From an uncultured virus (IMG/VR IMGVR_UViG_3300042503_001656) (lineage: Duplodnaviria > Heunggongvirae > Uroviricota > Caudoviricetes), in IMG/VR virus record IMGVR_UViG_3300042503_001656, positions 1-64,000 of that record: DNA of 64,000 bases. One strand, written 5' to 3'. Below, in pieces: positions 9,576 through 19,996 of this stretch. The notes below the pieces were generated by a model, which was given only the letters and a program-made list of their open reading frames with translations, ran no database searches and had not been told where the DNA came from. Every line of letters begins with the position of its first letter. Positions within the stretch are counted from its first letter, which is position 1. A program made the translations under genes and the position numbers.

Positions 9576-10413
9576 TGTTGTCCGTGCTAACGAACTCCAA
9601 ATCTGCGCTTCTGTCGGTGATGCTCATAAACAATGCGCCGTGATGCTTATTTGACAAGAAAGCAGAGCCCTCTACGGGTGTCCTGACACGACGTAAATCT
9701 TTTCCACCAGTGCCGACAACGAACTGAACAGGCTGTGTGTCAAATCGTTCGTAATGATGGTCGTGTCCACTCAGCAGGACATCAACACCATACTGAGTCA
9801 TCAGGTCAAAAGAGTCCTTCATAAACTTGGAAGAACCGTGAACTCCTGACGAGTATCTAGGGTGATGGGCCATCACAACAACACACCTCGATGCGTTCTT
9901 TTGTAGTTCCGACTCGAGCCATAAGTATTGGTCTGAGCCTTTTCCACAATAAACGAACCGACACTCATCATTCGTGTTCATTACCACGGCAACCCAATCG
10001 CTGTTGATGTCGAAAGAGTAATACCCAGGCTTCGGATACTTCACCCACGTCGCATAGTAACCACGAGCCCCGGCTTCTGCGTACTCGTGGTTGCCAGCAA
10101 CAGGCTTGGCAATAGGTATCAGGTCAGACCAAATGGGCGCAAAGTTCTCTTGGAAGTTCTTGATTGTATGACTTTGGTACTGAATGTCCCCTAGAAGGAA
10201 CAGGTGGTCGGGCTGTCTACTGCGAACGACAGAAGCAACATCTGCGTCTACACAAGGATACTTTCCACTGTTTCGCTGTGTTTTTGAGCAGGAAATGTCA
10301 CCAACAGAAGCAACAATCACGGGTTCAGGCTTTGTCTCAATGGTTGTTGTAGTCGGGGAGTTGTTTGAGCAGGCGTACAGAAAGACGATAAACGCACTCA
10401 TAATCTTTTTCAT
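9544..10413 (-). CDS. Lipoprotein calcineurin-like metallophosphoesterase (purple acid phosphatase-like)
   Basis: GD, LGDIQY, GNHEY, HHPRYSSG, GHDHHYER motifs; LYAC lipobox. Confidence 0.85.
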   Translation of the reverse strand: MKKIMSAFIVFLYACSNNSPTTTTIETKPEPVIVASVGDISCSKTQRNSGKYPCVDADVASVVRSRQPDHLFLLGDIQYQSHTIKNFQENFAPIWSDLIPIAKPVAGNHEYAEAGARGYYATWVKYPKPGYYSFDINSDWVAVVMNTNDECRFVYCGKGSDQYLWLESELQKNASRCVVVMAHHPRYSSGVHGSSKFMKDSFDLMTQYGVDVLLSGHDHHYERFDTQPVQFVVGTGGKDLRRVRTPVEGSAFLSNKHHGALFMSITDRSADLEFVSTDNIVVDKTTITC

Positions 10414-10414
10414 T

Positions 10415-11023
10415 TCAGAACCAAGCCTTCTTGATAGTACGGGCAATGTATTTTGCTCTTAGTTTTGACCCAGTGCTACCGTAGTGAACTCCGTCAGGAT
10501 TTAGCAACTCTCTGTGCTTTGTGATAACTTTGTCCCAGTAGATAATAGAAAAACCGTATTTATCCGACTTTTTCTCCAACATTGCGTTCCAGTTACGGGC
10601 TGACGGGTTGTTTTTCTTGCCCTTCCACACTGTCACCCAAGCAACTCTCATTCCTTTGAGTTCCCTCATTACGGAAGCAACACGAGTTCCGACATCTTGA
10701 TACTTCCAAGCAGGGCTGTCGTTTGTCCCCAATGCGATTACCCAGCAAGTATTTTGGTCAGACCTTTTCTTCCAATACTTCACAGCCTCTAAGCCAGTGT
10801 GCCTATCGTTAGGCAACTTACTCAACACTGAGCGACTGCCGTGAGCAGAGATAACAGCGTTCGGGTATCCGAGTTTCTTGTATTCCTTTTGTTGGAACTC
10901 TCGGGAATGGACACTGAGCGAGTCTCCAATGTGGACAATGTTTGAGCAACCCTCTGTGGCTCTTGCTTGCTGAGGGATAGCGATAGCAGTGACGATAAGT
11001 GCTGGCAGTAGAAGCTTCTTCAT
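10415..11023 (-). CDS. Secreted SGNH/GDSL hydrolase (OatA C-terminal-like)
   Basis: Signal peptide MKKLLLPALIV; IGDSL, ALGTND, DGVH. Confidence 0.8.
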   Translation of the reverse strand: MKKLLLPALIVTAIAIPQQARATEGCSNIVHIGDSLSVHSREFQQKEYKKLGYPNAVISAHGSRSVLSKLPNDRHTGLEAVKYWKKRSDQNTCWVIALGTNDSPAWKYQDVGTRVASVMRELKGMRVAWVTVWKGKKNNPSARNWNAMLEKKSDKYGFSIIYWDKVITKHRELLNPDGVHYGSTGSKLRAKYIARTIKKAWF

Positions 11024-11129
11024 TCCGGGCCCCGTTCCTAGTAGATAAGACGGCAGAGCCCTAGTCCGAACACAGGCTCTACCGTCTTGATGTGACAGGC
11101 TACTAAAGGAAGGCTGGTCTGCCAACCCC

Positions 11130-11333
11130 TTAGAAGTTGGCTCGTGGGACTTCTGCGCCACACGGGTACTCAGCAACACGACCCCACGGACGGCAGTCAC
11201 AATGGACACAACGGTCAAACTGAGGGTCAAAGTAGTGGGTGTTGTAATTTTCCGACTTTTCTGCGTCCGACCCCGAAAAAGGGACAGGGGCATTGACGGT
11301 GAATGGGGCAAGGATTTCGCTGTTTGTTTCCAT
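11130..11333 (-). CDS. Small leaderless Cys-containing protein (METNSE start)
   Basis: 36 nt downstream of the minus-strand promoter copy at 11369. Confidence 0.65.
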   Translation of the reverse strand: METNSEILAPFTVNAPVPFSGSDAEKSENYNTHYFDPQFDRCVHCDCRPWGRVAEYPCGAEVPRANF

Positions 11334-11448
11334 ACCCAAATCTTAGACAAACCCACCCATACCCGACAAGTTTCACTACGGGCAGGTAGTTGGGACTATG
11401 ATGAGTTCAGATAAATCTATCCATACGGGTAGGAAGGACACACGGAAA

Positions 11449-12474
11449 ATGGCACACGAACTAGAGTTTGACCGTAAGGGCTTGGCGAAAATGGCTTACG
11501 CCGACCGAGAAGTGCCGTGGCACAGGCTAGGAACGCCTATGAAGGGCTTACAGACGGCTGAGGCGATGCTGGCAGCAGCACAGGCTGACTATGACGTAGT
11601 TCTTGCCAAAGTTGCCGTAGTGGACGACGAAGGCAACTTCATCACCAACCCTGACGGGACTCCGGTGCTGGTGGACGACAGCCGTGCCACAGTCCGAGTG
11701 AACCCTGACGGCTCATTTGACGGATTGTCCACAGTTGGGACAAGGTATGTAGTCCAACAGAACCGTGAGTGTCTTGAGTACGCCCTCGCCATTGTGGGTG
11801 CGTCTAAGGGTGACGCAGTTGTGGACACTTGTGGAGTTCTCCACGGTGGGCGTGAGTTCTTTTCATCTATTGACTTGGGTGGTCTAATCATTGACCCAAA
11901 GGGAGTGAATGACAAGATTGAGCGTTACCTGCTTGTTCGCAATGGTCACGATGGCAAGACAGCGATTACTTTCGCAAACACAAGCATTCGTGCCGTTTGT
12001 AAAAATACCGTTATCGCTGGAATGAACAATGCTCAACGGGTATTCACGGCTCGCCATACAAGAAATGTGGAAACTGCTCTCGCAGAGGCTCAAAGCATTC
12101 TCAACATCTCAACCGAGTGGGCTAAGTCGTTCAGCGCAACAGCCGAGAAAATGTTGTCAATACCAATGAGTTTGAGTTCAGCAAGAATGGACACGCTTAT
12201 CGGTGCTCTCTATCCCGAAAAGCCCCAAGAAACCGACAGACAAAAGCGCAATAGAGACAACATAACTATGACCATTCGTGCTCTCTATCAGACAGAAAGA
12301 AACTCTGCTGGATACGGAGACAACGGCTGGTCTGCTTACAACGCTGTCGTGGAATACCTTGACCACTACCGAGACGGTGGAATTACGGAACGGGCGATTG
12401 CGTCTATGGACGCAAACTCATCAGTCACACACAAGAAGATAAAAGCCCAAGAAGTTATCTTGTCATTCGCTTGA
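11449..12474 (+). CDS. DUF932-family phage/plasmid protein
   Basis: MAHELE...EVPWHRLG, VGTRY..QN, NGHDG, RAVCKNT, RHT, WSAYNAVVEYLDH. Confidence 0.85.
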   Translation: MAHELEFDRKGLAKMAYADREVPWHRLGTPMKGLQTAEAMLAAAQADYDVVLAKVAVVDDEGNFITNPDGTPVLVDDSRATVRVNPDGSFDGLSTVGTRYVVQQNRECLEYALAIVGASKGDAVVDTCGVLHGGREFFSSIDLGGLIIDPKGVNDKIERYLLVRNGHDGKTAITFANTSIRAVCKNTVIAGMNNAQRVFTARHTRNVETALAEAQSILNISTEWAKSFSATAEKMLSIPMSLSSARMDTLIGALYPEKPQETDRQKRNRDNITMTIRALYQTERNSAGYGDNGWSAYNAVVEYLDHYRDGGITERAIASMDANSSVTHKKIKAQEVILSFA

Positions 12475-12520
12475 CACACCCACGGGTTATCATTGTTGTA
12501 CGGACTGAAGGGACGGAACA

Positions 12521-13006
12521 ATGGATTTCTTTGATGAAGAAGACGACGAAACGTTCGCAAGCCCCGAGGAGCTCGCTGTCTGGCTGAGCGAGTTTATGGC
12601 TCAAACATCAGACGCAGAAGTAATGTACCGAAACCACTTCTGTACGATGATTGCCAACCGTGTCTATGACGAGTTCGGACACGAAGGCCTGTGCGAACTA
12701 ATGATAGCAATGGACAAGAAGGCTGGCTGGATTTCGGACATCATCATTGAGAACAATGACCTCGATGAAATACTGTTCAAGAAGTACGGCGTGTATGACC
12801 ACAACATTGTCTCGAAAGCTCGCAAAACAGAAGCCGTTCAGGAAATGAACACAAAGATTTGGAAGTTACGCCGTAAGTACGCCAAAGCAATAGTGGACGA
12901 GCTGATGGTAGCCCCGTCTGACCCCACCCCGATTGACCCACTGCTAGAAGAACAAGAGACGCAAAAGCCCACCGACAGCGACAACGGTGGGACTTCTACG
13001 GAGTAG
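12521..13006 (+). CDS. Hypothetical protein
   Basis: 161-aa ORF with SD. Confidence 0.65.
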   Translation: MDFFDEEDDETFASPEELAVWLSEFMAQTSDAEVMYRNHFCTMIANRVYDEFGHEGLCELMIAMDKKAGWISDIIIENNDLDEILFKKYGVYDHNIVSKARKTEAVQEMNTKIWKLRRKYAKAIVDELMVAPSDPTPIDPLLEEQETQKPTDSDNGGTSTE

Positions 13007-13051
13007 ACAACGGGGGGCGTTGCCTGCTCAGATTTGTGAGGTTGCGACTAT

Positions 13052-13285
13052 TTAGTAGTCCTCGTCATCACCCCAGCCGATACCAGCAAGGGCGTTAGAG
13101 TCAGCCCAGCCGTCAGTTTCGTACGGCTCCGTACTGTCATCACGGACAACGCAGTCGCAGTCATCTTCACATTCGCAGTCTTGCTCCCACTCACAAGCAC
13201 CCTCGTGCTCAAACTCCAAGTCGCAATTTACGCAATACGACATAATGTAAGGGGCAGTTTCGGCAATTTCGCTGTTCATTTCCAT
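13052..13285 (-). CDS. Small acidic Cys-rich leaderless protein, paralog of 30999-31271
   Basis: Shared C-terminus WAD..AL..IGWGDDEDY; promoter copy at 13321(-). Confidence 0.7.
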   Translation of the reverse strand: MEMNSEIAETAPYIMSYCVNCDLEFEHEGACEWEQDCECEDDCDCVVRDDSTEPYETDGWADSNALAGIGWGDDEDY

Positions 13286-13325
13286 ACACACAGATTAGCA
13301 AGACCCACCCCAGCCCGACAAGTTT

Positions 13326-15236
13326 CTACATTCCCATCAGGTCAAACAGCAGTTGTGCTGTATCTACATCATCTACGGGTGAACCACCGTCTACAGCCCT
13401 ATTGACCACGCTTCTCTTGCGTTCTATGAGGGAATAGATTTCCTCATCTATCGTGCCGTCTGTGAGTAGATAGGTAGCCACCACGCTTCCCTTCTGCCCT
13501 AGTCTGTGGCATCGTGAGTATGTTTGGTCTACATCAGCAGGCGTCCACGGTAGTTCCACGAATAAGACATCTTGCGCCGATGTCAGCGTGTGACCCGTCT
13601 TGGCTGCCTGAATGGACAGCACGATGACCGGGGCTTCATCTACCGGCAGCGTTTGGAACTTCTTCTTCTGTTCCTCTACTTCCTCAACGCTCATTCCACC
13701 CTGAATACGCAGGTTGCCGAACTTCATTGCTAACTCATCAACAATGTCTCTGTGATGGGCAGCAATTACAACTTTCTTTCCATCTTCTATTCGCTGCTTT
13801 ACCCATTCTTCTACTACGGGCATCTTTGCTCTTGCTGACAGCCTTCGCAGCACAGACAAGCGAACTAAATGTTCGTTGCTTTCTGCTTTGATACGAGCAA
13901 CAACGGCAGCAGACCCTACGGGTTCTCCAAGTTCTCTCGCTATTTCCTTTGCTCTGTCAATGAGATACTGAATAATGTCTACTTCTGCTTTTTTGTATTC
14001 CTTCATCGCAGCAGCACTTCCCTCAACCAATACGGGGCTGTGGATGACGGGGGGCAGTTCCGATAGCACTTGGTCTTTTGTTCTCCTGATGTAGCAAACA
14101 CCACGAAGCCGTTCGTTTAGTTCGTCAAGGTGTGAATGTCCACTGATGTTCCATTGACCGAAACTATCCTGAAAAGCATTACAGTAACGCCGATAAAAGC
14201 CCCACAAACCACCGAATTCTTTCAGTTTCCCAAGAATGTCGAGTTGTGATGCGTACTCTGACGGGCGATTAGTAACGGGCGTTCCTGTTAGACAAAGAAC
14301 AATTCCGTCTTTTGGTGCGCTTTTAGCAACCTTTTGTGCGCTTTTAGTTCTCTGTGCTGTAACAGTTTTACAGTAATGGCTTTCGTCAAAAACATAGGAA
14401 CGGTGTTTAGACAACTCTTTTTCCCATTTAGTGATGTTGCTGTATCCAACAACAACGACATCATAAGTTCCACTTTCGGGGAATTCTTTTCTGTTCGTTA
14501 CAACAGAAACTCTGCGACTAGGAAGCCAACGGGCGTATTCAGCTTGCCAATTGAGAACAAGAGAAGGTGGGCAAACAACGACTGCTGGGTAACTGTCCAT
14601 AACATACTCAACGGTGGCAATGGCTTGGAGAGTTTTGCCTAGACCCATTTCGTCAGCAATAAAAGTTCTGCGAGCATTAGAAGCGTAAGCAACGCCTGCT
14701 CTCTGATAGGGAAGAAGTTCTGCCGTTAGTGACGGAATAGAAATCTCAGCATCTACTGAGCGAGAAGCCTCAATGAGGGCATTTAGATTATTTGTGACAT
14801 TCTCTGAACACGACCTTAGTTCATCGGACACCTCAATGTCAAAGTATTCAGCCCACCTGATGACATCGTTCGCCGATGTGAGCGGGGCCCTCCACGCCTT
14901 CTTGGTTGCGTTCCAAGTGATAGACGGTATTTTCTTGACGCTGTTGATGACTACCTTCTCATACGGGAATGTAATAAAAATCCAATCGCCTTCTAGCCAA
15001 ATGGAATTGACAGCTTTCCTAACCGGTGGGGTGATTAGCAGTATCTCTGTATCAACCTCTATGTCGTGCTTTATTGCGAAAGCTCTTGCTTCGGACATAG
15101 AGGTAACCGGAACTCTCCATACCTTTGAGACCTTGTCCCATTTAGCCCCTGCGATTTTTTTGACCTCATCAACTTGGTCTTTGTCGTAGGGAAAATCGAG
15201 AATTATTTGGTCGTCTACAAGTCTTGCCGTGCTCAT
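13326..15236 (-). CDS. SNF2-family helicase with two N-terminal HARP-like repeats
   Basis: ADEMGLGKT, DESH, LTGTP, QTYSRCHRLGQ; duplicated FPY...VKKI...W...K.WR.P. Confidence 0.9.
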   Translation of the reverse strand: MSTARLVDDQIILDFPYDKDQVDEVKKIAGAKWDKVSKVWRVPVTSMSEARAFAIKHDIEVDTEILLITPPVRKAVNSIWLEGDWIFITFPYEKVVINSVKKIPSITWNATKKAWRAPLTSANDVIRWAEYFDIEVSDELRSCSENVTNNLNALIEASRSVDAEISIPSLTAELLPYQRAGVAYASNARRTFIADEMGLGKTLQAIATVEYVMDSYPAVVVCPPSLVLNWQAEYARWLPSRRVSVVTNRKEFPESGTYDVVVVGYSNITKWEKELSKHRSYVFDESHYCKTVTAQRTKSAQKVAKSAPKDGIVLCLTGTPVTNRPSEYASQLDILGKLKEFGGLWGFYRRYCNAFQDSFGQWNISGHSHLDELNERLRGVCYIRRTKDQVLSELPPVIHSPVLVEGSAAAMKEYKKAEVDIIQYLIDRAKEIARELGEPVGSAAVVARIKAESNEHLVRLSVLRRLSARAKMPVVEEWVKQRIEDGKKVVIAAHHRDIVDELAMKFGNLRIQGGMSVEEVEEQKKKFQTLPVDEAPVIVLSIQAAKTGHTLTSAQDVLFVELPWTPADVDQTYSRCHRLGQKGSVVATYLLTDGTIDEEIYSLIERKRSVVNRAVDGGSPVDDVDTAQLLFDLMGM

Positions 15237-15272
15237 TGCTATTATTCTACTCTCTGAAACAAAGGAGAGCGA

Positions 15273-15521
15273 ATGCCCTTAGAACAAGAACCAACGGTAG
15301 AAAGTCTCAGCAAGAGAATTGACGAGCTCGAGCAAATCGTCAAGCAACTCAAGACAACTATCGAGAGAATGGAAAGCTCTACAAAGAAGCTTCCGGTAAT
15401 TCCACAAATTTCTATTCCCGGCTCACTTGGTGACAACACTCTGTCTATTGGCAAAAGACAAGCGACACTCCACGAGAACGAGCAACGCCTAGCGTGGGAA
15501 CGAGCAACCGGGGCTCAGTAG
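15273..15521 (+). CDS. Coiled-coil hypothetical protein
   Basis: AAGGAG SD, heptad pattern. Confidence 0.6.
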   Translation: MPLEQEPTVESLSKRIDELEQIVKQLKTTIERMESSTKKLPVIPQISIPGSLGDNTLSIGKRQATLHENEQRLAWERATGAQ

Positions 15522-15592
15522 AAAGTAGAGTGCCACAGAACTAGGGGAACAGCGACGAAAACCCTAGCCCTGTGGCAGACCGAACTCTATCA

Positions 15593-16108
15593 TTAGCAGA
15601 TAGAGAAACCCCCACACTCTGAGAGAAACTCAGCAAACTGCGAGACATTCTCAACATTGAACGGATAGTGCGAAGCCCACGATTCTTTTGTGCCCACTCC
15701 GTCACAAGCGTTACACCAACCGTGTGTGCGACCTGTAAGAATCTGAACCTCTACCGATAGTTCACGCTCAGGATGTCCAGACTCAATGCCTAGTGCGTCT
15801 CTGCGTATTCCAGTCGCTTCACACAAAGCGCAATCCTCACGGGGAAGGTTTGCTATGTATTCGTAGTAAGACTGCTGATGAGCAAGAGCACCACCATTTT
15901 CTATTTCCTCACGGAGAATGTTTGCCAACTCCAATGAGCCTTCCTCATCTAGTCCTTCTCCGTCATTGGTATGACCACTCACTTCACTACATAGGTGAGG
16001 TGCGACTATTTCGCAATAATCCCACAGTGGTCGCCACCACCAAACATTGTTACGAAAATACTCACCCTTCTCGCTTGAAGGATTCTGTCCGTAAACATCC
16101 ATACCCAT
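15593..16108 (-). CDS. Conserved phage hypothetical protein (MG.D.Y family)
   Basis: MGMDVY...YFRNNVWWWRPLWDY; promoter copy at 16173(-). Confidence 0.7.
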   Translation of the reverse strand: MGMDVYGQNPSSEKGEYFRNNVWWWRPLWDYCEIVAPHLCSEVSGHTNDGEGLDEEGSLELANILREEIENGGALAHQQSYYEYIANLPREDCALCEATGIRRDALGIESGHPERELSVEVQILTGRTHGWCNACDGVGTKESWASHYPFNVENVSQFAEFLSECGGFSIC

Positions 16109-16281
16109 AGTCGCTTTTCCTCTCGGCTCGCTTGTTTCTCTCAACATTATCTCAACCCACCCTCAACCGACAAGTTTTTACCTGTGAGGCAAATCTTTAT
16201 CTGTGAGGCGGGGCTCACAGATAAAGAAGCACCCAGTGTCGGGGGGTGACACTGGGTGCTTACTGGAGAGAATTGCTGGGG

Positions 16282-16434
16282 CTAAACACCCTTGGCGATG
16301 AGCAGGTCTATCAAGACGACGAGACGCTGGGCGTCCATCTCGCTCTTTGTGATTCTGCCACGCTTGAGCTGGTCGTCCAACTTCTCCAACTGGAGAAGGG
16401 CTTGTTCTATTGGGGATGTCGCTGTTGTTTCCAT
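16282..16434 (-). CDS. Small leaderless protein (METTATSP..., 50 aa; not in ORF track)
   Basis: ATG 36 nt from promoter copy at 16470(-); open to TAG. Confidence 0.65.
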   Translation of the reverse strand: METTATSPIEQALLQLEKLDDQLKRGRITKSEMDAQRLVVLIDLLIAKGV

Positions 16435-16470
16435 AAGAACAGCCTAGCATCACCCACCCCAGGCCGACAA

Positions 16471-16486
16471 TGTTTCACGTGAAACA
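16471..16486. promoter_or_regulatory. parS-like palindrome (perfect consensus)
   Basis: TGTTTCACGTGAAACA between divergent promoter copies. Confidence 0.75.
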
Positions 16487-16553
16487 TTTTGCCCGACAAG
16501 AGCCCCGATGGCTAACTTGTCGGGCAAGGGTGGGTCGTGATAATGTGATGTGT

Positions 16554-16784
16554 ATGGAAACAGCGACAACACTCACCAACATTCAGATGCTCCTTATGAT
16601 TGAGCGCATAATGAACGCCTGCGAGCAACGCACGGAATGGGACGACACGACAAAGAAAGTGTTCCTCTCAATGCACACTGCGTGGCACGCGCTCGTGGAC
16701 GCAAACACGCTCTCGGTGTTCAAGGAAGAAACCCAAGCGTCCTACACGCACCCAGACAGCAACGCATTCATCACTTGGGATTAG
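16554..16784 (+). CDS. Leaderless hypothetical protein (METAT)
   Basis: Promoter copy 16517. Confidence 0.7.
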   Translation: METATTLTNIQMLLMIERIMNACEQRTEWDDTTKKVFLSMHTAWHALVDANTLSVFKEETQASYTHPDSNAFITWD

Positions 16785-16887
16785 GAGCCCAACACGAAGC
16801 ACCCACGGGTGTTTCGTGAACAAAAGCCCCGTTCCCGTGAGTTCGGCTGATTTGTCGGCTAAGGGTGGGTCGGTGTAAGGTTTGGGT

Positions 16888-17196
16888 ATGGAAACAACAG
16901 CGACAACAAAAGCAGCAATCATCGCAGAATGGTACGACAACCGTTTTGGTGCAGAAGTGTTCGGAGCACTCATCAACATTCTCCGTCTCGCAGGAGCAAC
17001 GGAGTTCACAATCCCAACTGCTTGGCTTGACTTTCAGCCCAACGGTCAGGAAGGCGAGATTGCTTTCCGCTTCGCTCACACGCTCTCTTGGGAGAACGGT
17101 GAGACAGCACCAGTCATCAAGGCTCTCCGTGAAGTAGCCCGTATCAAGTCGGTGGACTGGGACACAGACGCTCCGAGAGATTGGGACTACGACTAG
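16888..17196 (+). CDS. Leaderless hypothetical protein (METTAT)
   Basis: Promoter copy 16852. Confidence 0.7.
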   Translation: METTATTKAAIIAEWYDNRFGAEVFGALINILRLAGATEFTIPTAWLDFQPNGQEGEIAFRFAHTLSWENGETAPVIKALREVARIKSVDWDTDAPRDWDYD

Positions 17197-17239
17197 TCCC
17201 AACTTGTCGGCTAAGGGTGGGGTGAACTAAGGTATGGGT

Positions 17240-17437
17240 ATGACATCAACAGCGAAATGGATTAGCGAACTCCCAACAGTAGAGGAGTGCGACAAGGAGA
17301 TTGCTCGCCTCTCTCACTGGCTGGAAACAAAGCGATACGAGATGAGCGCACGAGAGGCAGTTGCCCTCGCTGACCGTATTCGCACTTGGGAGAAAAAGCG
17401 CATTTGGGCGAGACGCTACGGAAAGTGTGACTACTGA
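17240..17437 (+). CDS. Leaderless hypothetical protein
   Basis: Promoter copy 17204. Confidence 0.7.
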   Translation: MTSTAKWISELPTVEECDKEIARLSHWLETKRYEMSAREAVALADRIRTWEKKRIWARRYGKCDY

Positions 17438-17613
17438 TGAAGAAGTACAGCGCAACAATCTCTCTGTTCATTGACGAGTTTGAGGCAGAGGACAGGGAGA
17501 GTGCTAGGGCGATTGTCGGCAAATACATTGACCACCTCATTGACATTTGTGAGGTCAATGAGGGCGAACTCACTTGGGGTGGGGTAGACGAGTCAATAGA
17601 AGAAGAACAGTAA
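17437..17613 (+). CDS. Small acidic protein (not in ORF track)
   Basis: TGATG overlap with upstream stop; MKKYSATISLF...EEEQ. Confidence 0.6.
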   Translation: MKKYSATISLFIDEFEAEDRESARAIVGKYIDHLIDICEVNEGELTWGGVDESIEEEQ

Positions 17614-17831
17614 GAGAGACGGGGCTCTCTTACTTCTTTTTCTTTATCGTGTAGCCGTTTGCTTTGAGGTCTTTGACTATCCGTTCTGGAATGCCACCCC
17701 AAATGGGGATACCAGAAGAGGCCAGTGAGCGAGCGATAATGTCAAGCTTTTTCTTACGGTGGAGTTGTCTGAACATTCTGAAAGCATACAACGATTTGTC
17801 GGCCTGGGGTGGGGTGGGCTAAGATTTAGGT

Positions 17832-18011
17832 ATGGACAGCGACAAAGACCTGATGGAAATACTGGAACAGATAGAGAAGATTATGCGCCCACTGGCCGAG
17901 TGCTGTGGGAAAATCCCACAAGGCGTATGGTTAGAGCGCACCTACTGCGTTTACTGCGAGATGAGTGCCGAGTGGTGCCAGTGTGATGTGTCCGACTTCT
18001 GCGACTGCTAG
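17832..18011 (+). CDS. Leaderless Cys-rich protein (MDSDK..., 59 aa)
   Basis: Promoter copy 17796. Confidence 0.6.
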   Translation: MDSDKDLMEILEQIEKIMRPLAECCGKIPQGVWLERTYCVYCEMSAEWCQCDVSDFCDC

Positions 18012-18113
18012 CAATCGGCCAGACATCTGACGGCCTTGCTACGCAGGCACGAGGCCGGGGCTACGTGCCTGCGTGATTTGTCGGTCGAGGGTGGGTCGGA
18101 GTAATGTGTGTGT

Positions 18114-18431
18114 ATGGAAACAAACAGCACATACCCAACACCCGAAGCCCAAGCAGTAGCCGAAGGCACAACCGTTCACGAGAGTGGAGCAATCTCTCTC
18201 GACAACCCAGCAAGCATTGAGCACTTGCGTTTCGTGAGCGCAATCAGCGCACTCTCACTCGAAGCAAAGACGGGAATGAAAATGACCCGAGTCCCAATGA
18301 CACGCTTTTGCCGTGAGAACTACGGAACAACGAAGCGCACCCTGAAGGGTTGCTTGCGTGAGATGCTCGACCTCTACAAAGAGGTGTACGGGCGTGAGAG
18401 CGAGTTTGAGAAGTCCTACAGCCAACTGTAG
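18114..18431 (+). CDS. Leaderless hypothetical protein (METNS)
   Basis: Promoter copy 18078. Confidence 0.7.
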   Translation: METNSTYPTPEAQAVAEGTTVHESGAISLDNPASIEHLRFVSAISALSLEAKTGMKMTRVPMTRFCRENYGTTKRTLKGCLREMLDLYKEVYGRESEFEKSYSQL

Positions 18432-18533
18432 GACTCTCGACCACAGGAACGGCAGCCTGTGGTCGACAAACCCCCCTGAGCCCCGGCTATTGGGGGTTTG
18501 TCGGTTTGGGGTGGGTACTGATAAAGTGGAATC

Positions 18534-18773
18534 GTGAACAGCAAGCCAAACTCAATTTTTGACATTTTCGTAGACGGTTGCGAATGCGACAACTGCCAAG
18601 AGAAAGTGTCAAAGCCAGACCTATTCGCCAACATCATCACGGTCAATGGAAAAAGCTCCATTCAGGTGTTCAACAGCGATTACAAGCATTTAGAAGCAGT
18701 CAAGTACTCAAGTATCTTTGATGCTATGGCAGTCATCAGAGAGAACGGTCTAACGCTCCTAGCGTCCATCTGA
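18534..18773 (+). CDS. Leaderless hypothetical protein (GTG start)
   Basis: Promoter copy 18498. Confidence 0.65.
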   Translation: MNSKPNSIFDIFVDGCECDNCQEKVSKPDLFANIITVNGKSSIQVFNSDYKHLEAVKYSSIFDAMAVIRENGLTLLASI

Positions 18774-18985
18774 TGACATACAACGAGTTTCTATTCCAAT
18801 TCATCAAGAGCCTTCCCAATGACGGAGAGACACGCATTGGACAGCATTACTTCAACACGCTCAACGAAGTACGGCCAGAAATAGCCAAGAGAATAAGAGC
18901 GATGAAGATTGACCCGTTCTATTTGAACTCAGTCCCCGAAGAAACGGAAAAGGTCGTACGGGGCTTATGGGAGCAGAAGCTGTGA
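18773..18985 (+). CDS. Hypothetical protein
   Basis: TGATG coupling; RIGQHYFN...DPFY. Confidence 0.7.
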   Translation: MTYNEFLFQFIKSLPNDGETRIGQHYFNTLNEVRPEIAKRIRAMKIDPFYLNSVPEETEKVVRGLWEQKL

Positions 18986-19023
18986 ACTTGTCGGTTTGGG
19001 GTGGGGTGAACTAATCTGTGTGT

Positions 19024-19152
19024 ATGGACAGCGATTACCAAAACGAATACCAAGACCATTGCGAAGACCTCGCAAACTCTTTCCTCTGTGACACGGCAGA
19101 ACCAAAAGAACAGCCCGATTACGGAGACATTGAGAGCGATGGAGTTTTCTAA
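19024..19152 (+). CDS. Leaderless acidic microprotein (42 aa)
   Basis: Promoter copy 18988; TAATG overlap with next gene. Confidence 0.6.
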   Translation: MDSDYQNEYQDHCEDLANSFLCDTAEPKEQPDYGDIESDGVF

Positions 19153-19505
19153 TGGGAGCATTTGAGCAAGCACAAGAAGAGATGTGGAGAAACGCCGTGA
19201 GCGTTCGCATCTCACCGATTGACCTTCCCGATGAACCAATGAGCGAATGGATGTGGGATGTTGAGATTGTCGTTCCAAATAATCAGTGGGAGAACTCTGA
19301 TGAAGATGGGAACTTCACGATTGAGCAATGTGGCATTGACTCTTTTCATTCGCTTGAGTCAGCTTTTGAGTGGGCGTACAAGTGGCTCAAGGGTCGTGGC
19401 TATGATGTCTCCAACATTGAACTTTCATTGACCTCAATGGTGGGCAGTGGGATTACTCACAACAACGATTTACAAAAAGTTATGGAAGCGAGAACAAATG
19501 CTTGA
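19152..19505 (+). CDS. Acidic hypothetical protein
   Basis: Coupled ORF, 117 aa. Confidence 0.65.
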   Translation: MGAFEQAQEEMWRNAVSVRISPIDLPDEPMSEWMWDVEIVVPNNQWENSDEDGNFTIEQCGIDSFHSLESAFEWAYKWLKGRGYDVSNIELSLTSMVGSGITHNNDLQKVMEARTNA

Positions 19506-19878
19506 GGCATTGCCAAAGGAATGTAGTGAGTGCGGGGCTCACTACCCATCACACCAGCAAGAAGGTCGCTTTATTGACTACGGGTGGTCTTTCAACTACC
19601 TCACTCTCGGTCACTACGGAGGATTTACCGATTGCGTTCCCGACAGGGGAGATGATTGGGATGATGAGAAATACATTGTCCACCTTTGCCACGATTGCTG
19701 TCTGAAACTAATACGGGCATTGCCTAGTGTCTTTAGAAAAGCTCTCGGTGACTTAGGTTGTCATCCAGGCAATGTCGGACAGCCAGCGTGCTGTGAGTAT
19801 GCGTGGACAACAGACAATTCAGGCTTTCACTACAGAGGGTCGGCTGATGGCTCTTGGACTTTGGTTGGTAAGGACTGA
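19498..19878 (+). CDS. Cys-rich Zn-binding hypothetical protein
   Basis: CSEC...CHDCC. Confidence 0.65.
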   Translation: MLEALPKECSECGAHYPSHQQEGRFIDYGWSFNYLTLGHYGGFTDCVPDRGDDWDDEKYIVHLCHDCCLKLIRALPSVFRKALGDLGCHPGNVGQPACCEYAWTTDNSGFHYRGSADGSWTLVGKD

Positions 19879-19996
19879 TGTACCATTGAGTACATGAGTG
19901 AAGAGCAACAGCCAAAAGAACAGCCACAAAAAGCTGAGAAAAAAGTTACCGAGGTGAACATCACCAAGCCCCGTCCCGGGAAGCTAAGGACAACAG

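Noticed and set aside
11024..11356. N-terminal extension of the SGNH ORF 10415-11356
   Set aside because: Overlaps a promoter-linked gene; the signal peptide begins at 11023.
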